In this document: positions 25,760-39,800 of the stretch, in pieces
Layout of the letters: each line of letters begins with the position of its first letter
How positions within the stretch are numbered: the first letter of the stretch is position 1
Source: Mobula birostris
Taxonomy: Eukaryota
NCBI RefSeq assembly: GCF_030028105.1
Contig: NC_092376.1
Span: forward strand, 39,542,935 to 39,606,934
DNA: 64,000 bases
Direction of reading: 5' to 3'
Position numbers and translations under genes: made by a program
The notes under the pieces: generated by a model
Told to the model about the DNA's origin: nothing
What the model saw: the letters and a program-made list of their open reading frames with translations, nothing else
Database searches by the model: none

Positions 25760-28200
25760 CTCTTTGCCTCCTGCTAGTCAGACAATCTTCTACTCATGCT
25801 AGTCACTTTCCTGTAATACCATAGGCTCTTATCTTGTTAAACAGTCTCATGAGTGGCACCTTGCTAAAGGCCTTCGAAAAATTCAAGTAAACAACATATA
25901 TTGACTCTCCTTTGTCTATCCTGCTTGTTGTTTCCTCAAAGAATTCCAACAGATTTGTCCGGCAAGGTTTCCCTTTAATGAAACCACGCTGACTTTGGCC
26001 TATTTTATCGTCTGCCTCTAAGTACCCCAAAACCTGATCCTTAATGATGGATTTCCATTCCTCCAGAACCATTCCAGAATCTAATGATGTGACACTACTA
26101 ATACCGCCACAATCTCTTCAGCTACCTCTTTCAGAACCCTGGGTGTAGTTCTTCTAGTCCAGGTGACTTGTCTATCTTCAGACCTTCCAGCTTCCAAGCA
26201 CCTTCTCGATAGTACACTTGCGTCTTGTTTACTCTTTATATCTGGATAGCTTACCTACATAAAGTATTTTGCCTTTTCGCTCCTTATGGTATGTTTAGTT
26301 ACCTTCTATTGGTTTTTAAAGCTTCACAATCCTCTAACTTCTCACTAATTTTTGCCCTCTTTTTCCCTGTTCTGCTGTCTTTGACATCCCTTGTCAGCCA
26401 CAGCTGCCTCATCTTCCCTTTAGAATACTTCTGCACCTTTAGGATGCATCTATCCTGCACCTTCCAAATTTCCCCTCGAAATTCCAGCTATTGTTGTTCT
26501 ACCATCATCGTGGCTAGAGTGCCCTTCCAATCAACTTTGGTAGCTCCTCTCTCAGGCATCTGTAATTCCCTTTACTCCACTATAATACCAATTCATCTGA
26601 CTTTAGCTTCTCCCTCTCAAACTGCAGGATGAAATCTATCATACTATGATTACTGCCTTATAAGGGATCCTTTACCTTAAATTCCCAAATCAAATCTTGT
26701 TCATGACATGACACCAATTCAGAATTGCCTTTTCCCTTGTGGGCTCAACCACAACCTTTTTTTTAAAAAAAAAGCCATCTCATAGACATTCTACAAATTA
26801 CATCTCTTGGGATTCAGTACCAATCTGATTTTCCCAATCTACCTGCATTTTGAAATTCCCAATGACTATCATAACATGACCCTTTGACATGCCTCTTCTT
26901 TCTCCTTTTGTAATTTGTACCCCACTGATCAGAGGCCTGTATACAACACCCATCAAGGTTCTTTTACTTGCAGATTCTTAACTCTACCCACAAAGATGCT
27001 ACATTTTCTGATCCTATGCCACTTTTTTCTAATGATTTGATTTAATTTTTTTTTACCAACAGAGCCACCCCACCCCCTCTTCATACCTGCCTGTCCTTTT
27101 GATAAAAGCTGTATCCTTGGATGTTAAGCTTCCAACTATGATCTTCCTCAGCCAGATCTCAGTGATGCCCACAACATTGTACATGCCAATCTCTAACTGC
27201 ACTACAAGATCATCCACCTTATTCTGTATACCACATGCATTCAAATATAACACCTTCAGTCCTGTATTCATCACCCTTTTTGATTTTCCTCCCATGTTAC
27301 ACGTCAGCTCATCCCACTGACTGCAGTTTTGCCCTATCATCTGCCTGTCCATCCTCACAGTCTCATTACACACTGCATCTACACATATACCAACTGCCCC
27401 ACCCTCAGCCCCATCACTCCCATTCCCCTGACAAATTAGCTTAAACCCTATTCAACAGTTGTAGCAAACCTGCCCACAAGAATATTGGTCCTCCTCGGGT
27501 TCAGGTCTAACCCGTCCTTTTTAATACAGGTCCTACCTTCCCCGGAAGGGATCCCAGTGATCTGGAAATCTGGAACCCTACCCCCTGCATCAATTCCTCA
27601 GCCACTCATTCATCTGCCAAATCATCCTATTCTTGCCCTCACTGGTACATGGCTCGGGCAGCAATCCAGAAATTACTATCCTGGAGGTCATGCTTTTCTG
27701 CTTTCTATCCAACTCCCCATATTGTCTCTTCAGGATCTCCTCCTATTTCCTCCCTACTGTACATCGTTGGTATCAATACGTACCATGACTTCCAGCAGTT
27801 CACTCTCCCCTTTAGAATACTGTGGACCCAATCCAAGACATCCCTCATCCTGGCACCTGGGAGGCAGCATACCATCCAGGTGTCTCTTTCGTGTCCAAGA
27901 ATCTCCTGTCTGCTCCTCTAACTATGACATCCCTTATCACTACTGTACTCCTTCTTAGGCGTAGAGCCAGACTCAGTGCCAGAGACCTGACCGCTGTGGC
28001 CTTCCTCTGCTAGGTCATTCCTCCCCCCCATCTCCCCACCAATCAGTTTAGTGGCTGTTGAAGGAAACAGCCACAGGGGTACTTTGCACTAGCTGCCTAT
28101 CCCCTTTCTCCCTCCTTCCCGACAGTCACCCCAGTTACCTGTGTCCTGCATGTTGGGTGTAACTACCTCCCTCTTTGTCCTGTCGATCAACCCCTCAGCC
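25760..28200 (-). mobile_element. CR1 LINE with ORF1 remnant, APE endonuclease and partial RT
   Basis: LKVLYLNACGIQNKVDDL..VGITE; GFIKGKPCRTNLLEFFE. Confidence 0.9.
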
Positions 28201-28398
28201 TCCTGATACAGTCAATCAAAAAGATCAGGTGCCACAATTTCATACACATCAGGTTAAAATGGTTCCTTCCAGGTGATTAAGTCAACCATTTTTCCAGACA
28301 TAACACAGTTTCACCTCCCAGAATTAGTGCCAATCTATAATACCTGTTTTACGTGTGGATTAAAAATATTCATGCTGCCATTGTCATATTATACATAC

Positions 28399-28575
28399 TT
28401 TGGTGTCAGTTAAGAACTTCTCTTTTACGGCCGAGGACTGAGTACAAGGCTTTTCCAGCACCAAAATAGAACACAGACAATTAAAGAATTTTCCGTGGGC
28501 TTTTCTGTCAAAAACCCAAGAGGACCAAGCAAAAAACACGTTCCGCACTTCCAGGGTCTGGTCACATGGCCACAC
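28399..28575 (-). pseudogene. 177-nt exon, still open (VWPCDQTLEVRNVFFAWSSWVFDRK..EKFLTDTK)
   Basis: ctcgtctgcag| acceptor and |gtatgt donor; phase 0-0; 'VRNVFFAW' SFI1-like repeat. Confidence 0.7.
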
Positions 28576-28899
28576 CTGCAGACGAGCGATTGATGAAGAA
28601 AATCCTTTTCATCAGGTACTGAATGTCAAGCAGTCTGCTAATGTTGAGATAGGAGGTCAGCGGAAGCAATGGGTAGACAGGCAGGTGTTAAAACATGACA
28701 TTACACTTTCAGAAACATTGTTGAGGAGGTATCGCAGAGATGGTAAATAGGAAAGGACCAAAGATCTGGCTGATGGAGTGGGGGAGGTGGAGAGGAGGTT
28801 TCTGGAACATGAGGAATAATGCTCTAGTGGGTAGACAAGCATTGCAGGTAGCTATTTTCTGCCTATAACTAGTCTGATAAAATGGAACCATACAATCTG

Positions 28900-29240
28900 C
28901 CTGGACAACAGGCTTGGAAAGGTATGGTGCAGAAACCAGAATAACATGGGGTTTTGGGGAAGTAGTACAAGTTGGCAGGTGATAAGTGAAACCAGGTGAA
29001 TGGGAAGGTGGATGGGACAGGGGGACAAAGAGAGAAGCTGGGACTTGATAGATGGAAGAGGTAAAGGGTTGAAGAAGTACTGTGATAGGAGAGGACAGTG
29101 AACCATGAAAAAAAGAGGACGAGAGGCACCATAGGGCAGGTGGAAGAGAAAGGGTGAGAGGAGAGCTAGATTGGGGAATGGAAAAGGAGAAAATGGGGAA
29201 GGAGGAGAAGTCACTTGAAGTTAGGGAAAATAGATATCCA
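28900..29240 (-). mobile_element. Penelope 3' purine/pyrimidine-biased fragment
   Basis: Reverse-complement similarity to ~18290-18590. Confidence 0.65.
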
Positions 29241-30083
29241 TGCTAATAAGGTGTTTTGAATGGCTCCAACATCCTGAACTAGGAAAGGAGTAAACTAAGT
29301 CATGTCAGGGCACATTGAGCATCGTCATACTGTAAACTCCACACGGGACAAGGGAAAACAGTCCCGGTGACTGAGGAATGGATTAGTAAAGCACATTGGA
29401 TTTTTTCCATTAATTCACCTGTGTCTGTTTATAAAACTATCACTGTCTTATGCCAAAAAGGAAACTACAACGTCCCCAAAACCAGAGAGGTTTCCAATCT
29501 GGGCTACACGGTGACATTATCAGAAGAGTTCAACAACAGCAAACCTGACACATTAACACATATGAGAACCACCAATGAAGTCATCTCAGTATATGGGACG
29601 CTTAAACATCTGCTAACTTTTCGAAGTTGAACCCATTAGGAGATGCCTGATAACACTTTTGAAAAACCCTTGTGAATTTAGAAAAGATATTAAGGTAGAA
29701 ACAAAGTGCACTTTTACTTGATGAGAAGCCAGTTTCTAATTGAAGTGAAATTCTCAATGTCAGCTGCACTCCGAAACCAAAGTGACCAAGTCTTCATCCA
29801 CAAGGATGGAAGAACTTCAGTCATCTACGAGAACATGTGTTAGGGTTGGTGCAATGATTTTATATTATCAGTGCTGAAACAAAGTCATCAGCCATGATCT
29901 CATTAAGTGAATGAGGAAGATCGCAGACCCTGTGGCTTACTCTTAATTTTGCTACGTTCTTTTCTTCCTTTTGACACCTAAACCACGAGGCATTGTCTCC
30001 ATGTTCTTGGATGCTAATGCACATTTCCCGTTGGGTGGAAAAATTAAAATAAATTGAAGTATGTGTATGTCATCATATATTAC

Positions 30084-30406
30084 CTGGAGATTAAGATTCA
30101 TTGAGTCTCCTTCAAGTGTTTCAGTTTTATATTATACCATTGGTTTTGTAAATACACTCTGTGCAGAGGCAGGAAGCTGATGTGAATGGCCCTTCTATGA
30201 GTAGTCAGGGCTCTCCAGCTACCTTCTTTTGTCTGAAAGACTGGCAAGCAATACTTTCCACTTGTAAAATGATCAGTGGTTGCAGGGAGGCTGATGACTA
30301 TATTGTTGCAAAAGTGCGGCTTTCATATTACTGAGATAAACATCTCAAAGATCCCACATTTACTGTGAACAAACATGCCTCGGGCCGTGAACGCAATAGA
30401 AAATTT
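30084..30406 (-). pseudogene. 323-nt exon with conserved frame and 6 stops
   Basis: ttcccctccctttaag| acceptor and CAG|gtaata donor; IFYCVHGPRHVCSQ*MWDL*DVYLSNMKAALLQQY..H*SFYKWKVLLASLSDKRR*LE..NLNLQ. Confidence 0.65.
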
Positions 30407-31197
30407 CTTAAAGGGAGGGGAACACAATAAGTTAACAGTTATTTCAAAAATTATTACCAGTTCTCCCAGAAAGTGAGAAAATGAGAACTCAATAAAAGAG
30501 ATTCGGGAGACTTTGTATGTGAACTAACTGTGAAGCATGAAAACAGAGTCAATCCTTGCTGGCTACTCCATAAATTGCTACTATTTCATTGCCCTAAGAG
30601 TACATTGAGCATCTAAGCAGCTAAGCAAGGAGATGGTTTAAAACAGCCTGTGGTTAAATACAAGACTGACTTCAGATTGCCACTATCAAATCACAGCACA
30701 ACAGCATACTAGGCTGACCTGCCAGTGTGCCAACCAGGCCATCTTAAATATTGTCACTACTCCACACCCCCCCCCCCCTTCCTGGCACAAGAGAAAGTCA
30801 GAGCTGTAGGCTAGGGACCTCATTTGGAATTAAAACTGAAGCAGCCATAGAAACCGCTGCATTAATTCAGGCTGCTATCATTTACAAACAATGTAACCTG
30901 GCACCTGACTCATGTTGTATGGTGCATTTCATCAATATTCTAACCAGTGATAGGAAAGTATAGATAGCAATAGAAGATCCATTTAGAGAACTATTAAATT
31001 GCAGGACACAGTTACAAAGCTAAACTGACTTGCATATGAATAAAAGGGCGCAATACCAGTGCTCCCAAAGTTCATGTGTGCTGGGCCTATGGAACTCATC
31101 ACCTTCAAAAGTCTGGCATTCCCCAATTACCCCATTCTGTTCAGGCTTCAGACTCTTTCAATTGTATAATATTATGATTTAAACATTGCTACAGTAC

Positions 31198-31399
31198 ATG
31201 CAGTTTCTGCCTACAGCCGCCACATGGGTGTCAGACACCAGAGCTGCATGAAGTCTTGCTGTATTGCTGTTTCTCCACTCTTCGTTCCTCTGGATAAACA
31301 GGCCACAAAGTGCCAGCAGACAGCTGGCTGGAATGCACTTTCTGTACTGCATCATCCGTTCTCAATGTGCACCAAAATTGATATTCCCAAATTCTGCTG
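31198..31399 (-). pseudogene. Degenerate exon containing VQKVHSSQLSAGTLW
   Basis: ttcttcttag| acceptor; weak donor. The peptide at 31303-31347 resembles a recalled C1orf167 segment (VQ.....QL....LW). Confidence 0.5.
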
Positions 31400-31891
31400 C
31401 TAAGAAGAATCCCCGCCCATTGGCCGTGCGTGTTGGGAAACTACACCCACTGATAAACCCAATAACGATAATAGGTTGAAACCAGAGGCAGCTGGGCTAC
31501 AGGTTTTATTAATGTGTGGCTGGTGAGCCAGAGTTAATCTTACTATTCCATGTTGAGAAAATAAAACTATTTTTGGAACAATTACAGATTGAACTGTAAA
31601 AATTTAACAAAGGCTATCAATCCCAATTTAGAAATTTCAAATTCATTTGTCCCCAGTGCATTTACAGGTGAAGTGCCATGTTTCCACGGGAGGAGATGCT
31701 CCTTGGTATCACCCTTAGGTTGAAACCAGACTCCAGCCTAACTCCAGTGTTAAGCCATGGCAATATTCCCAATGCAGAGACTCTTTTAAAGAAATCATAA
31801 CAATGAAGAATATTAACTTCTAACAGACTTTATTTACTGAAGATAAAATACTTATGAAAAGTAAACTGAATGAAATATTGTAAGGCATTAC

Positions 31892-32421
31892 TTCATTCAC
31901 AAAGATTTGGTCAATTAGGTTGAGATTACTTTCATGCTTCAAAGGCAATTCTGACTTTGTACCAATCTCCTTTCTATCAATACTTTGTAAACTATGAACA
32001 TGGTACACTCTCACACTAATTAGTTCCACATTATTCATTTGTCTGAACACAGTAAACTCCTTATTTCAATTGTCAAACAAACAATAAATTGTCTCTAGGC
32101 GTTTGTTATTTAGTTGTGTAGGCTCACAGGTAAGATCACTTTTTCCACCATAAGGCACATTGTTCATAGGGTATCGTGTGCAGTTTAATTTAGCTTTTCA
32201 ACTCATCATTCGCACTCTGTTTCCCTTTTTCCCTAAAAATGGATGCCACTTGGATATCATTTCACAAGCAACATTATTCTTCCTGCAGCGACCAGCACAG
32301 TAAATGTCAGCACTGTATTCCACAAAGGACAATGTAATCTGATCCTATCCTAATCCATCTTTCAAACTTGCAGCACATGTCAACCATCAAAGACCAAACC
32401 GAGCCTTTTACTTTCCTTGAA
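31892..32421 (-). pseudogene. Large degenerate exon (FKESKRLGLVFDG*HVLQV..LETIYCLFDN*NKEF..DQIFVNE)
   Basis: gttctgtag| acceptor and GAA|gtaatg donor; TGA stops fall at positions where the repeat predicts Trp (TGG). Confidence 0.6.
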
Positions 32422-32945
32422 CTACAGAACAATTAACTCAGTGTAAACAAGGAATCAAAAAAGAGAAATCTTGGAAAATATACAGTATTTTATTTTCTTG
32501 CATGGCAATCAATTTACATTTATATGGTGTGCTCTTGAATTTGCTTCAAAAGATCTGAGTTAATTGAATATTAGAGTTTTTCTCCAAATCAGATGGCTAT
32601 GGGTCAGTAGAAAGTACTGATATTTTCAACAGGTAATGAGAAAAACTAATGATGCTCCACACCTAAGTAAAGTGAAGCAAGAGGCTAGATTCTGGGAACA
32701 ACCTCTGCCAACTTGTGTTGCTGAATAATCACATTGTCCTCTGAACAAACAACCATTGTCGTGAAGCAAAGCTGACAGATGCCAAAATAATGGTTTACAA
32801 AACATTTTGACAATTCACAAGGAGTTTTAAATCTTGACAGTAAGATCTTTAAAATCTGAAATGTTTTTGTACAAAATTTGTTTAATTTCAGCCATTGGCA
32901 TTGTTAGCATAAAATAAATTTTAATTTCTAGGTGAATTTTAATTA

Positions 32946-34548
32946 CAGTGATGCTAGAAAGTTTGTCAACCCTGTAGAATTTTCTCTATTTCTGCATAAA
33001 TATGACCTAAAATGTGATCAGATCTCCTCACAAGTCCTAAAACTAGACAAAGAGAACCCAATTAAATAATAACACAAAAATATTATTCTTGTTCTTTTTT
33101 GTCAAGAAAAATGATCTAATATTACATGTCTTTGTTGGAAAATGTATGTAAAATGCCTTCTACAAAAGCTATTTGGAGTCAGGTGTTCCAATCAATGAGA
33201 TGATGTGTGGATTGTAGAAATGCCCTGCCCTATAAAAAAAGACACACAAAGTCAGGTCACCGACAGAGCCTACTCTTCTCAAGAAAGATCTGTTTTTGTG
33301 CACCATGCCTCAAACACAAGAACTTTCAGAGGACCTTGGAAGAATTGTAGAGGTGCATGAAGCTGGAAAAGGCTACAAAAGCATTTCTAAAGATCCGAGT
33401 GTTCATCAGTCCATAGTAAGATAAATTGTCTACAAATGGAGGAAACTCGGTAATGTTGCTACTTTTCTCTAAGACTGGCATCCTGCAAAGATCACAACAA
33501 GAGCATAATGTGCAATGCTGAAGGAGGTGAAAAATAACCCAAGGGTAACAGCAAAAGACCTGCAGAAATCCCTAGAACTTGCTGAAGTCCCTGTTCCTGT
33601 GTCCACTATATTGCAAGTACTGGACAAGGATAGTATTCATGGAAGGACACCATGGAGGAAACCACTGCACTCCAAAAAAAAAAAAAAAAGAAAAAGAATT
33701 GCTGCAAGACTCAAGTTTGCAAAAGACCACCTGGATGTTCTATAATGCTTCTGGGACAATATTTTGTGGACAGATGAGACAATAGTTAAACTTTTTGGTA
33801 GAAATGCACACTGCTACTTTTGGAGGGAAAAGGGCACTGCACACCAACACCAAAACCTCATCCCGACTGTGAAGCATGGTGGAAGGAGCATCATGGTTTG
33901 AGGCTGCTTTGCTGCCTCAGGGCCTGGACAGCTCGCAATCATTGAGGGAACAATGAACTCAAAATTGTATCAAGACATTTTACACGAGAATGTCAGGGTA
34001 GCAATCCATCACCTGCAGCTTAATAGAAATTGGTTAAGGCAACAAGATAATGACCTGAAAGACAAGAGTAAATCAACAACAGAATGGCTTTTAAAAAAGA
34101 AGAAAATTTCTGTTTTGGAATGGCCAAGTCAAAGTCCTGACCTTAATCCTATAAAAATTTTTTTGGAAGGATCTGAAACATGCAGTTCATGCAAGAAAGC
34201 CCACCAACATCCCAGAGTTGAAGCAGTTTTCTAAGGAAGAATAGCCTAAAAATCCTCCAAGCTGTTGTGCAGGACTGATCAACAGTTACTGGAATCGTTT
34301 GGTTGAAGTTATTGCTGTACAAAGATGTCACACCAGTTACGGAAAACAAAGTCTCACATACTTCTTTCAACAAATATATGTAATATTATGTCATATTTCT
34401 CAAAAAAAATGAACAAATATAATGTTTTTGTGTTATTTATTTAATTGGGTTCTCTTTATCTAGCTTGAAGATCTGATCACATTTTAGGTCATATTTATGC
34501 AGAAATAGAAAAAAGTCTACAGAGTTCACAAACTTTCTAGCACCACTG
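32946..34548 (+). mobile_element. Full-length Tc1 DNA transposon with a disrupted transposase
   Basis: TA-flanked (32944-45, 34549-50); long TIRs CAGTGATGCTAGAAAGTTTG.. / ..CAAACTTTCTAGCACCACTG; transposase from ATG 33305 with WTDET, VKHGG, QQDND and WPSQSPDLNPI; several stops. Confidence 0.95.
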
Positions 34549-35418
34549 TATAAATCCACACCCCCCCCCCATCTGAATTGGACACAAAATTAAAAACTAG
34601 AGTAAAAGGTAATGAAAGATTTATTTTCAACCACTTTAATAATTGAGGTTGCGTTTAAAGGAGATGATATGTTCATAGATTAAAAAGACAGATTCCTTCA
34701 GTATTCCTTAACATTGTATTGGTGGATAAATTCATTAAATGGTGTAGCCAAACCTGGTATAAGAAAACATTTAACTAAAACAGTGTTGAATGAGTCAGAA
34801 TATTGTACTGTAAATGCAATTTTGAGACCCTCATGCATGAAAAATTACCAATCTTAAAATCCCTAAATACCACAAAGAACTCTGGGTTCCATAATGCATT
34901 TTTAATGAATGGTGAAGGAGCTGATGATATTTGTTGAAATATAACAGCTTGTTCCTCCCCCCCCCCCCCCCAAGTTCATGTGCTTTGGCTCTCTAGAAAA
35001 CTATCAAGTCCATGGCAAAGTCACGTTCTTGGTTCCACTTCCAAACAGTGAAGTTGACAGGGAAGGTAACTGCCCACTGAACCATTCCACAACAGCCTAG
35101 TCACACTGAGTTTAAAACTGACTCTAGGGATCCTTTAACCAAAATTCAATCTATGAGCTGCAGCTACCCAGCAAAAAGCATCTCCATCCAAAAATGGCCG
35201 AACAGCATCCCCACCCAAACCTGGCCAACTGTGCATAAAGCAGCAAGACTTGCAACAGATTGTAAAGGGTGCAGCTAGCTCATTGGGGGAAGAACAAAAA
35301 ATAAATGTAGACCCAAGATCCTAAAGAAAATGAACCTAATGGTTGTAAATTGTGACATGTATGTATTTTGATAGAAAATTTGCTTTGAACTTTGATAAAG
35401 CATAAATCAAGCTATATA

Positions 35419-36052
35419 CAGTGGATTCCAGTTAATTGGGCCAACGGTTAATCAGGGCAGCCACTTATTTGGACAACTCTTAAAGAACAAAAACCATGCA
35501 AGAAAATAGCTGGGATTCTCTCCATTTATTTGGGACACTAAGCCCCTTAATTGGGACAAGAGACTGTTACCAAATGGTTTCTAACTAGTGTCACTCGTGT
35601 GCACTTGTGTGGCCGTTAGACACTACACTGTGTTTAGAATGAACAGTTTTTAATCAGCATCGGTGTGCTTGTGTTATATCATCCATTTGGAGCAATGGAT
35701 GCCAAAATAAAATGCAGTGATTTTTGATCACTTTCATGCAGGAAGGCATTATTTACACTGATTTTGTTAATTTAGAGTCAATCAAAAGAAAATGGCAGCA
35801 TAAACTGGATGAATTCCTGAGATGATAACTATTAGGAACTAATACAGTTTTACAGTACCATCGTAGCATTGGTAATGTTCTAATTTGTCCTGTATTTTAT
35901 TTAATTACACAATTTCTTACTCAAACAGTAGTTTGTCTGTTTTATATATTTTTTAAAAACTACTTCCATGAAACTTCAGCTAATTGAGGCAGCTGCTTAA
36001 TTGGGCCAAATTGTACTGGTTCTGATGTGTTCCAATTAAATAGAATCCACTC
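35419..36052 (+). mobile_element. Non-autonomous Tigger/pogo-like element (MITE)
   Basis: TA|CAGTGGATTCCAGTTAATTGGG ... CCAATTAAATAGAATCCACTC|TA; no ORF; same family as 2231-3058. Confidence 0.8.
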
Positions 36053-36123
36053 TACATGAAATATTCAGCAAACTTTGAACCAAACTGCACAAAAATTCAG
36101 CTACTTTTTAAACATTTTGTTAC

Positions 36124-36760
36124 CTTGCCCTTTCTCAGGCTTTTTATGGTGTCCCCAAACCTTTGGATATTTTCACTTGTTGCTATGTTCTGGCTGAGTC
36201 CTAGCGAGTGCCGCCTGGGATGCTGTTTCAGGGGGTGCTCACACTGTTCCACCTGTGCTTGGCAGCCAACAGGATCGAGCGGGACTCTGCTTTCTGGAAT
36301 GGACGTTCTTGCACGCGCTTGTGTCGAACTAATCCTGGAAGTTGCAGTCTTTGCAGTGACAGGTGTTGCATTGTGGAAAATGCTGAAATACGATATTTAT
36401 TCATTAAATGAGTAATAGTGTCCTTTTTATTGTAATTGTCTTCATGACATCATTTGCCTCAAGTACAAAATAAGGAGTTGCTGCGGGTCATCGAGAGATT
36501 GGCCTAGTCTTATTTTTGGCTTCTGATCACTTAGGCTGAGGGTTTTCTGGAGCCCTGTAGACCCCAAAAACCAGGGAGTTTCAATACTAGTGATAGGTGG
36601 AAGATCTATCCACCTGAAATGTTCCTGAAAAACATTTATCCAATGCAATCACCACTCGTTCAGACAGATCAAAGAGCTGAGGGCAGGTGACTGTTGAAGA
36701 ATGACACCTTCCAATGAATGGAAAGCAGAATTTCTGTAAATATTCAGGTTAATATCAAGT
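36124..36760 (-). pseudogene. Large early exon of the pseudogene
   Basis: ttttctccctacag| acceptor and AAG|gtaaca donor. The last ~260 nt are open (IFHNATPVTAK..IKSLRKGK); the earlier part has stops and frameshifts. An alternative acceptor lies near 36383. Confidence 0.6.
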
Positions 36761-37159
36761 CTGTAGGGAGAAAAATGGCGACAATATTTCACATCAATAG
36801 CCTTTCACCACAAACAACCTGAAACAATTTTATTTCTCACATATGCAGAATATTTTCTGGTTTTGGTCTACTTTGATTGTATCCTCGGTATTTTGCTCCT
36901 GCTCCATAGAAACAACAGGTTTGTTGGGTAGAAGTGTCATTGCTGATTAATTGCTCTCTGAACTTGCACTGGTTCCTCAATCACACTTTACAGCAGGAGA
37001 ACATCTTGGCCCTTGTCAAACTGTTCTGAGATTTGAACAAATAAAATGTCATTTGTATACAAAAATTGACTAGTTCTGTACAGATATTGATCCAATAGAA
37101 ACATTGTTTACTTCTGAATCCACTCATTTACATATCTAAGTACCAACCATAATACACAT

Positions 37160-37440
37160 TTCAGATTTCTGAAAATTAGAGGGCAAAAGTTTAGGAGTAA
37201 CATGAGGGGGAACTTCTTTACTCAGAGAGTGGTAGCTGTGTGGAATGAGCTTCCAGCAGAAGTGGTTGAGGCAGGTTCGATGTTGTCGTTTAAAGTTAAA
37301 TTGGACAGATATATGGACAGGAAAGGAATGGAGGGTTATGGGCAGAGTGCAGGTCGGTGAGGATAGGACAGGGTAAGAGTTCAGCACGGACTAGAAGGGC
37401 CGAGATGGCCTGTTTCCGTGCTGTAATTGTTATATGGTTA
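37160..37440 (+). mobile_element. CR1 3' end
   Basis: GNFFTQRVVAVWNELP..KLDRYMD followed by a CR1 3' UTR. Confidence 0.85.
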
Positions 37441-37939
37441 TTTTAATAACCAATTAACGCTGAGCATTAAAAGCCAATAATACTTGAATTAGTAAAATAA
37501 CTGTCCAATAGTAAATGTTGCCTGAGAATCCTTTGTTTGTATCTTTATGTTGTCCTGGTGCCTGGTGACCTTGCTTCCAAGGCTTGAATGGAAAAGCTGT
37601 ACAAAGGGGAGTGAGGCTTTCAAGGGCCATGTTCAGCCTGGATGACTGCACTGTGTCTCCACATCATCTCTGTCAGCTTTTCTATACTCTTGGCACACTG
37701 TACAAAGTGTCTGCACTCTCCTCTGTTAGCACACTACTCTAACTCTTTCCTTTCTGCAACTTCTACAGATGATAGAATTTCTACTGGAAGAGGGCACCAA
37801 CTAGCACTGCTCGCACACCAAGCATTGGGTGCCGTCAAGATGGAAGGAGGTACCCGGATAAATGAAGCACCACACCCAGGGGAGAGATCCACACTGAAGC
37901 TCTGCCATTACATTTCTAACACTGCTGGCACTATGGAAA

Positions 37940-39800
37940 TGCGCACTGCTGGTTGACACATTATCCCTCTCAACTCCATTTTCCTGCCTTCTCCTGATAA
38001 TCTTTGGCACCCTGACTAATCAAAAACCCATCAACCTCCGCTTTATTTCACTGTCTTCACCTCCACAGCCATTTGTGGCAATGAATTCCACAGATTCACC
38101 ACACATTTGCCTCAATGGACATCCCTCTATTCAAACACCCTTCATACATTAACCCTTTTATTCCCAGAATCATTCTCGTGAACATCCTATGGACCCTCTC
38201 TGATGCCAGCACGTTTTCTTAAATAAGGGGTCAAAAACAATTCACAATACTCTAAGTGCAGTCTGACTAATGCATCTCACCCTAACTATGGACTTTTTAC
38301 TCTCCTCCCATCCGGTAGGCGCTACAGGAGCCTCCGCTCCTGCACCAGCAGGCACAGGAAGAGCTTCTTCCCTGAGGCTGTGACCCTGCTGAACCTCACA
38401 TCACAGCGCTAAGCAGTATTGCACCCATATTGTACTGTCTCAGTACTTTTCTATTTGTATGCTGTAGCACTTTTTATTCACAGTTATTTTGTAAATAATA
38501 CTTTTTTTTGCACTTCTGGTTAGATGCTAATTGCACTTCATTGGCTTTGTATCTGTACTCAGCACAATGACAATAAAGTTGAAGCTAATCTCATAAAATA
38601 AAGCCTCAGTATCACATTCTTGCTTTAATATTATAGCCTTCTCGAAATGAATGTTTACATTGCATTTATCTTCCTTACCACAGACTCAACCTGCAAACTA
38701 TCCTTTAGGGAATCCTGCACAAGGACTCCCAAGTCCTTTTGCATTTTTGATTTTTGAATTTCTCTCTGTTTAGAAAATAGTCTATGCTTTTATTCCTTCT
38801 ACTGAAGTGCATGACCATACACTTCCCTACACAGTATTCCATCTGTCACTTCTTTGCCCATTCTTCTAATCTGTCCAAGTCTTTCTGCTGACTCCCTGCA
38901 TCCTCAACATTACCTGCCTCTCCACCTATCTTTGTATCATCTACAAACTTAATCACAAAGTCATCAAAACTATCATCCAAATCATTGACATATAATATGA
39001 AAAGAAGCAGTCCAAGTACCTACCCCTGCGGAACACCAATAGTCATTGGCGGTCAGCCAGAATGAGCCCCCTTTGTACCCACTCTTTGCCTCCTGACAGT
39101 CAGCCAATCTTCTATTCATGCTAGTACCTTCCCTGTAACATCATGGGATCTTATCTTGTTAAGCAGCCTCATGTGTGGCACTTTGTTAAAGCCCTTCTAA
39201 ATATCCAAGTAAACAGTATCCACTGACTCTCCTTTGTTTATTCTGCCTGTTACTTCCTAAAAGAATTCCAACAGATTTGTCAGGCAAGATTTCCTCTTAA
39301 GGAAACCATGCTGACTTTGGTATATTTCATCATGTGTTTCCATGTACCCAGAAACCTCATTCTTAATAATGGACTCCAACACCTCCCCAACCACTGAAGT
39401 CAAGTAACTGGCCTATAATTTCCTTCCTTCTCTTTCCCTCCCTTCTTAAAGAGTAGAGTGCCATTTGTAATTTTCTCAAGATTCTTGGAAGATCATTACT
39501 AATGCCTCTACAATCTCTTCAGCCACCGCTTTCACAACCTTGGGGTGTAGTCCATCTGGTCCAGGTGACTTATCTACCTTCGGACCTTTCAGCTTCCCAA
39601 GCACCTTCTCTTTAGTAATAGCAACTACACTCACTTCTTCCCCCTTACGCTATCAATTTTCTGGCACACTAACCAGTTACTTCCAAAGTGAAGTTTGAAG
39701 CAAAATACTTAAGTTCGTCTGCCATTTCTTTGTTCCCCCATAGCTACCTCCCTAGCGTTATTTTCCAGCGGTCCAATATCCATTCTCACCTCTCTTTTAT
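37940..39800 (-). mobile_element. CR1 RT with a nested plus-strand Rex1-type 3' end (~38290-38590)
   Basis: Similar to the CR1 at 22025-24920; the insert encodes LLPSGRRYRSL..SFFPEAV. Confidence 0.85.

Noticed and set aside
36056-36415. 119-aa plus-strand ORF as a membrane protein
   Set aside because: It is the antisense shadow of the open part of the minus-strand pseudo-exon.
37500-37765. Additional pseudogene exon (VQSSRLNMALESLTP..)
   Set aside because: Plausible unique island, but I could not define a GT donor or a consistent frame. The same applies to ~21800-21990. Neither is listed as a feature.
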